Source: Yuukianura sp. NJ FZ-2021 (Eukaryota). From it: a stretch of 64,000 nt of DNA. Each line of letters starts with the position of its first letter. Within the stretch, counting starts at the first letter, position 1. Positions 61,654-64,000 of the stretch are shown piece by piece. The notes below the pieces were generated by a model. That model did no database searches, was not told the DNA's origin, and saw only the letters and a list, made by a program, of their open reading frames with translations. The position numbers and the translations under genes are program-made. The stretch covers positions 1,612,001 through 1,676,000 of the forward strand of contig CM102287.1 in NCBI GenBank assembly GCA_046563655.1. Direction: 5' to 3'.

Positions 61654-63684
61654 GTGACTTCCATCATGCCATCATCAATTGTTAGTGATGTGGTTCCAGT
61701 CAGTGGAAAGAAAAAGAAAACTCAAGATTACTGGAAGAAGAGACGTGAGTGCGAATTGAAGTATGGTATCGCTGCTAAGAGTCCACAGGAACGTAAGGAC
61801 ATGTTTTTAATTGAGTCGGCTCAACGGAATTCATGGGATGAATTTCCGTACAAATATCATCCTCATACGTCGTTAGTGAAAGTGTTTCGGTTGTGGGATG
61901 CAGTCATGGAGCCGTCTAAGGAACAAATTGCTGACCAGAGATCACATGTTCCAATTCGCATTATCGATACAGAGGCTAAGTTCATGGTTATGCTTGGTTT
62001 GTTGAGAGCCGAACGAGTTATAAGTGTGGACATGGAGTTTAGTCATGACAAAGGCTATCGTGATCGTTATGTTTGTTCCTTGCAGATATCGACCAAGGAA
62101 TCGGATTTCATCATTGATCCATTCGTAGTGCCAATCCAGATGCAAATGTTGCGGGAAATCTTCTCCAATGGTAACTACATCAAGATTCTGCATGGATGTG
62201 TTAATGATATCCTCATGTTCCAGCTTCATTACCATATCTTCTTCGTGGGTGTAATTGACACTCAAATCGTGGATTCTGTCTTTGGAGGGACTCAAGGACG
62301 TGGATTGGACAAAGTGATTAGTGACTACTTGCCTGGTGTGAAAGTGAGCAAGGATTGTCAACTTGCTGATTTTAGGATTCGTCCTATTCAGAACATGCAT
62401 CCAGACATGATTCAGTACGCCAGGAGTGACACACATTTGTTGTTACGTGTGTTTGAAGTCATGAAAAAACGTTATGACTTCAAAAGTGAAAGTGTTAAGT
62501 GGAATGAAGTTGTCAAGTTGTGTAATAATTTGTGCTTAAAAGTCTACAAGTTTAAGCCTAATCCAAGTGCCCGTGAGATTCTGGCTAAAGTGGACATGCC
62601 CACTTTAAGTGTAAGTGTGATGGAGCAAGTTGTCGGCTGGAGAGACATGGTTGCCAGGGAGATGGACGTTCAACCAAAGGAAGTCATTGCTGATGTTACT
62701 TGTGCTCAATTGGTCAAGGAAGGGCCTAAAAATAGGTTGGACATTGAAAAAGTGATTGGCAAAAATGTTTTGTCATCGGGTCATTTGGATATGCTAGTTG
62801 AAGTTTTTGTGTCTACTAAAAGTGTGGGTGGAGTCACAGAAGTTGCTGCTACAACTTCTACAGTGCAAAAAGTGACTTTGGACTTATCGGTGTTTGATTG
62901 GGATACACCAATCACTAAAGAAGATGTAAAAAGAATGGAACAGGAAGTTGTTCAATCAACTTCCAAAAGTGTAAATTTTCCTGCTACAGTGCCTAAAGTA
63001 CATTTGGATTTGTCTGTTTTTGACTGGGATACGCCAGTCACCAGAGAGGATATTGCCAGGATGGAGGCGGAAGTTGGTAAAACAACTTCCCAAAATGTAA
63101 ATATTCGTGCTCCAGTGCCTGTTGACATTGATGGTTTATCGGATGTCTCCGATCTCTCAGAAGTTTCTGATGAACCATTGGAGGAGGAAGAAGAGGAGTC
63201 TCAAGTGGAAGTTGAGTGCAACGTCCAGAAATTTAGTGATAGTGATAATGGTGACATGCTGATTGTCACCGTCTCGGAAGATGATCTGCGTGAGGTGGTA
63301 GGAGTACCACCAGAAGATGTTCCGAATGTGGTTTACGAACCACAAGTACCAGAGGAAGATCCCCAGGAAGTGATGGCTGCGATGGAGGAGGAGCCCCAGG
63401 AAGTAGTAGCTGCAGCCGAACGAAGAGATCGGCGAGATCGCCGAAACTGTCCCCATTGTGGAAGCGAGCGGCATACTGACGTGATGTTTTGCCGATTTCG
63501 TGATCTGCCAGAACCAGAAGCGAGAAGACGTCACCGCCGCCGGCGTCTCAATATGAATCGACGCCGAAATCTTCGTATTCGTGCTGAGGAGGAGCGTTTG
63601 CGACGAGAAGCGGAACGTGCAGCCCGAGAAGCAGAGGATGATGGAGATCGTGTCCCGAGGAATGCCCCGGAACCCGATCTTTAG
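61654..63684 (+). CDS. RRP6: Retrotransposon-borne RRP6/EXOSC10-like DEDD-Y 3'-5' exoribonuclease with HRDC domain and extended C-terminus (first ATG at 61666)
   Basis: ExoI SVDMEF, CSLQISTKESDFIID, ExoII KILHGCVND, QLADFRIRP, ExoIII YARSDTHLLL, HRDC-like GWRDMVAREMD; no stops, no introns. Confidence 0.92.
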   Translation: MTSIMPSSIVSDVVPVSGKKKKTQDYWKKRRECELKYGIAAKSPQERKDMFLIESAQRNSWDEFPYKYHPHTSLVKVFRLWDAVMEPSKEQIADQRSHVPIRIIDTEAKFMVMLGLLRAERVISVDMEFSHDKGYRDRYVCSLQISTKESDFIIDPFVVPIQMQMLREIFSNGNYIKILHGCVNDILMFQLHYHIFFVGVIDTQIVDSVFGGTQGRGLDKVISDYLPGVKVSKDCQLADFRIRPIQNMHPDMIQYARSDTHLLLRVFEVMKKRYDFKSESVKWNEVVKLCNNLCLKVYKFKPNPSAREILAKVDMPTLSVSVMEQVVGWRDMVAREMDVQPKEVIADVTCAQLVKEGPKNRLDIEKVIGKNVLSSGHLDMLVEVFVSTKSVGGVTEVAATTSTVQKVTLDLSVFDWDTPITKEDVKRMEQEVVQSTSKSVNFPATVPKVHLDLSVFDWDTPVTREDIARMEAEVGKTTSQNVNIRAPVPVDIDGLSDVSDLSEVSDEPLEEEEEESQVEVECNVQKFSDSDNGDMLIVTVSEDDLREVVGVPPEDVPNVVYEPQVPEEDPQEVMAAMEEEPQEVVAAAERRDRRDRRNCPHCGSERHTDVMFCRFRDLPEPEARRRHRRRRLNMNRRRNLRIRAEEERLRREAERAAREAEDDGDRVPRNAPEPDL

Positions 63685-63695
63685 AAGGAGGAAGG
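63683..63695 (+). promoter_or_regulatory. Gypsy polypurine tract
   Basis: AGAAGGAGGAAGG directly before the 3' LTR, overlapping the ORF3 stop codon. Confidence 0.85.
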
Positions 63696-64000
63696 TGAAG
63701 TGCCCCGGTTTTCCCCCTTTAGGTTAGGGTCGTTTGCCCCTTGAGGTTAGGGTGTGGCCCTAGGTTAGTGTAGTTAGGTTATGGTTTAGTCTTAGCGTTT
63801 AGTTGAGATTGGTTTAGCGCTTAGCGCGAGTTTTGAGTAGAGTTAGCGTGGTAGAGGAGAGTCAGGAGAGTATTGAGACTAGTTGTGCCAGTCAGTCGGT
63901 TTTTGGTGTTCGTCTCAGCATGAGCTGAAGACTTTGTATCTTTTGTACAAATAAATATATTTTATATTTATTTGTCTCTGAGTCTTCGTGTTGTTTCTTT
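63696..64000 (+). repeat. Gypsy 3' LTR (partial)
   Basis: Aligns to 55984 onward with roughly a dozen differences; starts TGAAG rather than TGTAG. Confidence 0.92.

Larger units (their letters stand above)
55984..64000 (+). mobile_element. Ty3/Gypsy LTR retrotransposon with an extra exonuclease ORF; 3' LTR cut by the window edge
   Basis: LTR-PBS-gag-pol(PR-RT-RH-IN)-ORF3-PPT-LTR, inserted in the satellite after GGCACTTTAT. Confidence 0.96.

Noticed and set aside
62863..63115. 126-nt repeat period in ORF3 matching the satellite monomer length
   Set aside because: No sequence similarity to the satellite; coincidental.
40298..63534. Antisense and alternative-frame ORFs overlapping gag, pol, env and ORF3
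   Set aside because: Shadow ORFs of long coding regions with no motifs.
61654..63684. ORF3 as the host EXOSC10 gene or as an env gene
   Set aside because: It is intronless and enclosed between pol and the PPT/LTR; it has no signal peptide or TM helix.

Overview
Eukaryotic heterochromatin-like window, probably from an invertebrate. About 1-36.7 kb is an AT-rich tandem satellite (~125-128 bp monomer plus 0-3 extra 20-bp subunits). It carries two small non-autonomous insertions that were amplified with the array: a 283-bp element (6 copies) and a ~960-bp DINE-1/Helentron-like element (3 copies). From 36.7 kb the satellite is broken by three copies of one 5'-truncated LINE. The third LINE copy holds a full-length BEL/Pao LTR retrotransposon (39694-53947). 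That element in turn holds a 332-bp foldback MITE and a full-length minus-strand Ty1/Copia element (42433-49360) whose RNase H runs in frame into a class I viral-fusion-like envelope protein. The window ends in a Ty3/Gypsy element (55984 to beyond 64000). Between integrase and the polypurine tract, where env would sit, it carries an intact intronless ORF for an RRP6/EXOSC10-like DEDD-Y 3'-5' exoribonuclease with an HRDC domain. This and the Copia envelope are the most unusual features. No ordinary host gene is evident. Family assignments come from motif recognition, not database searches.
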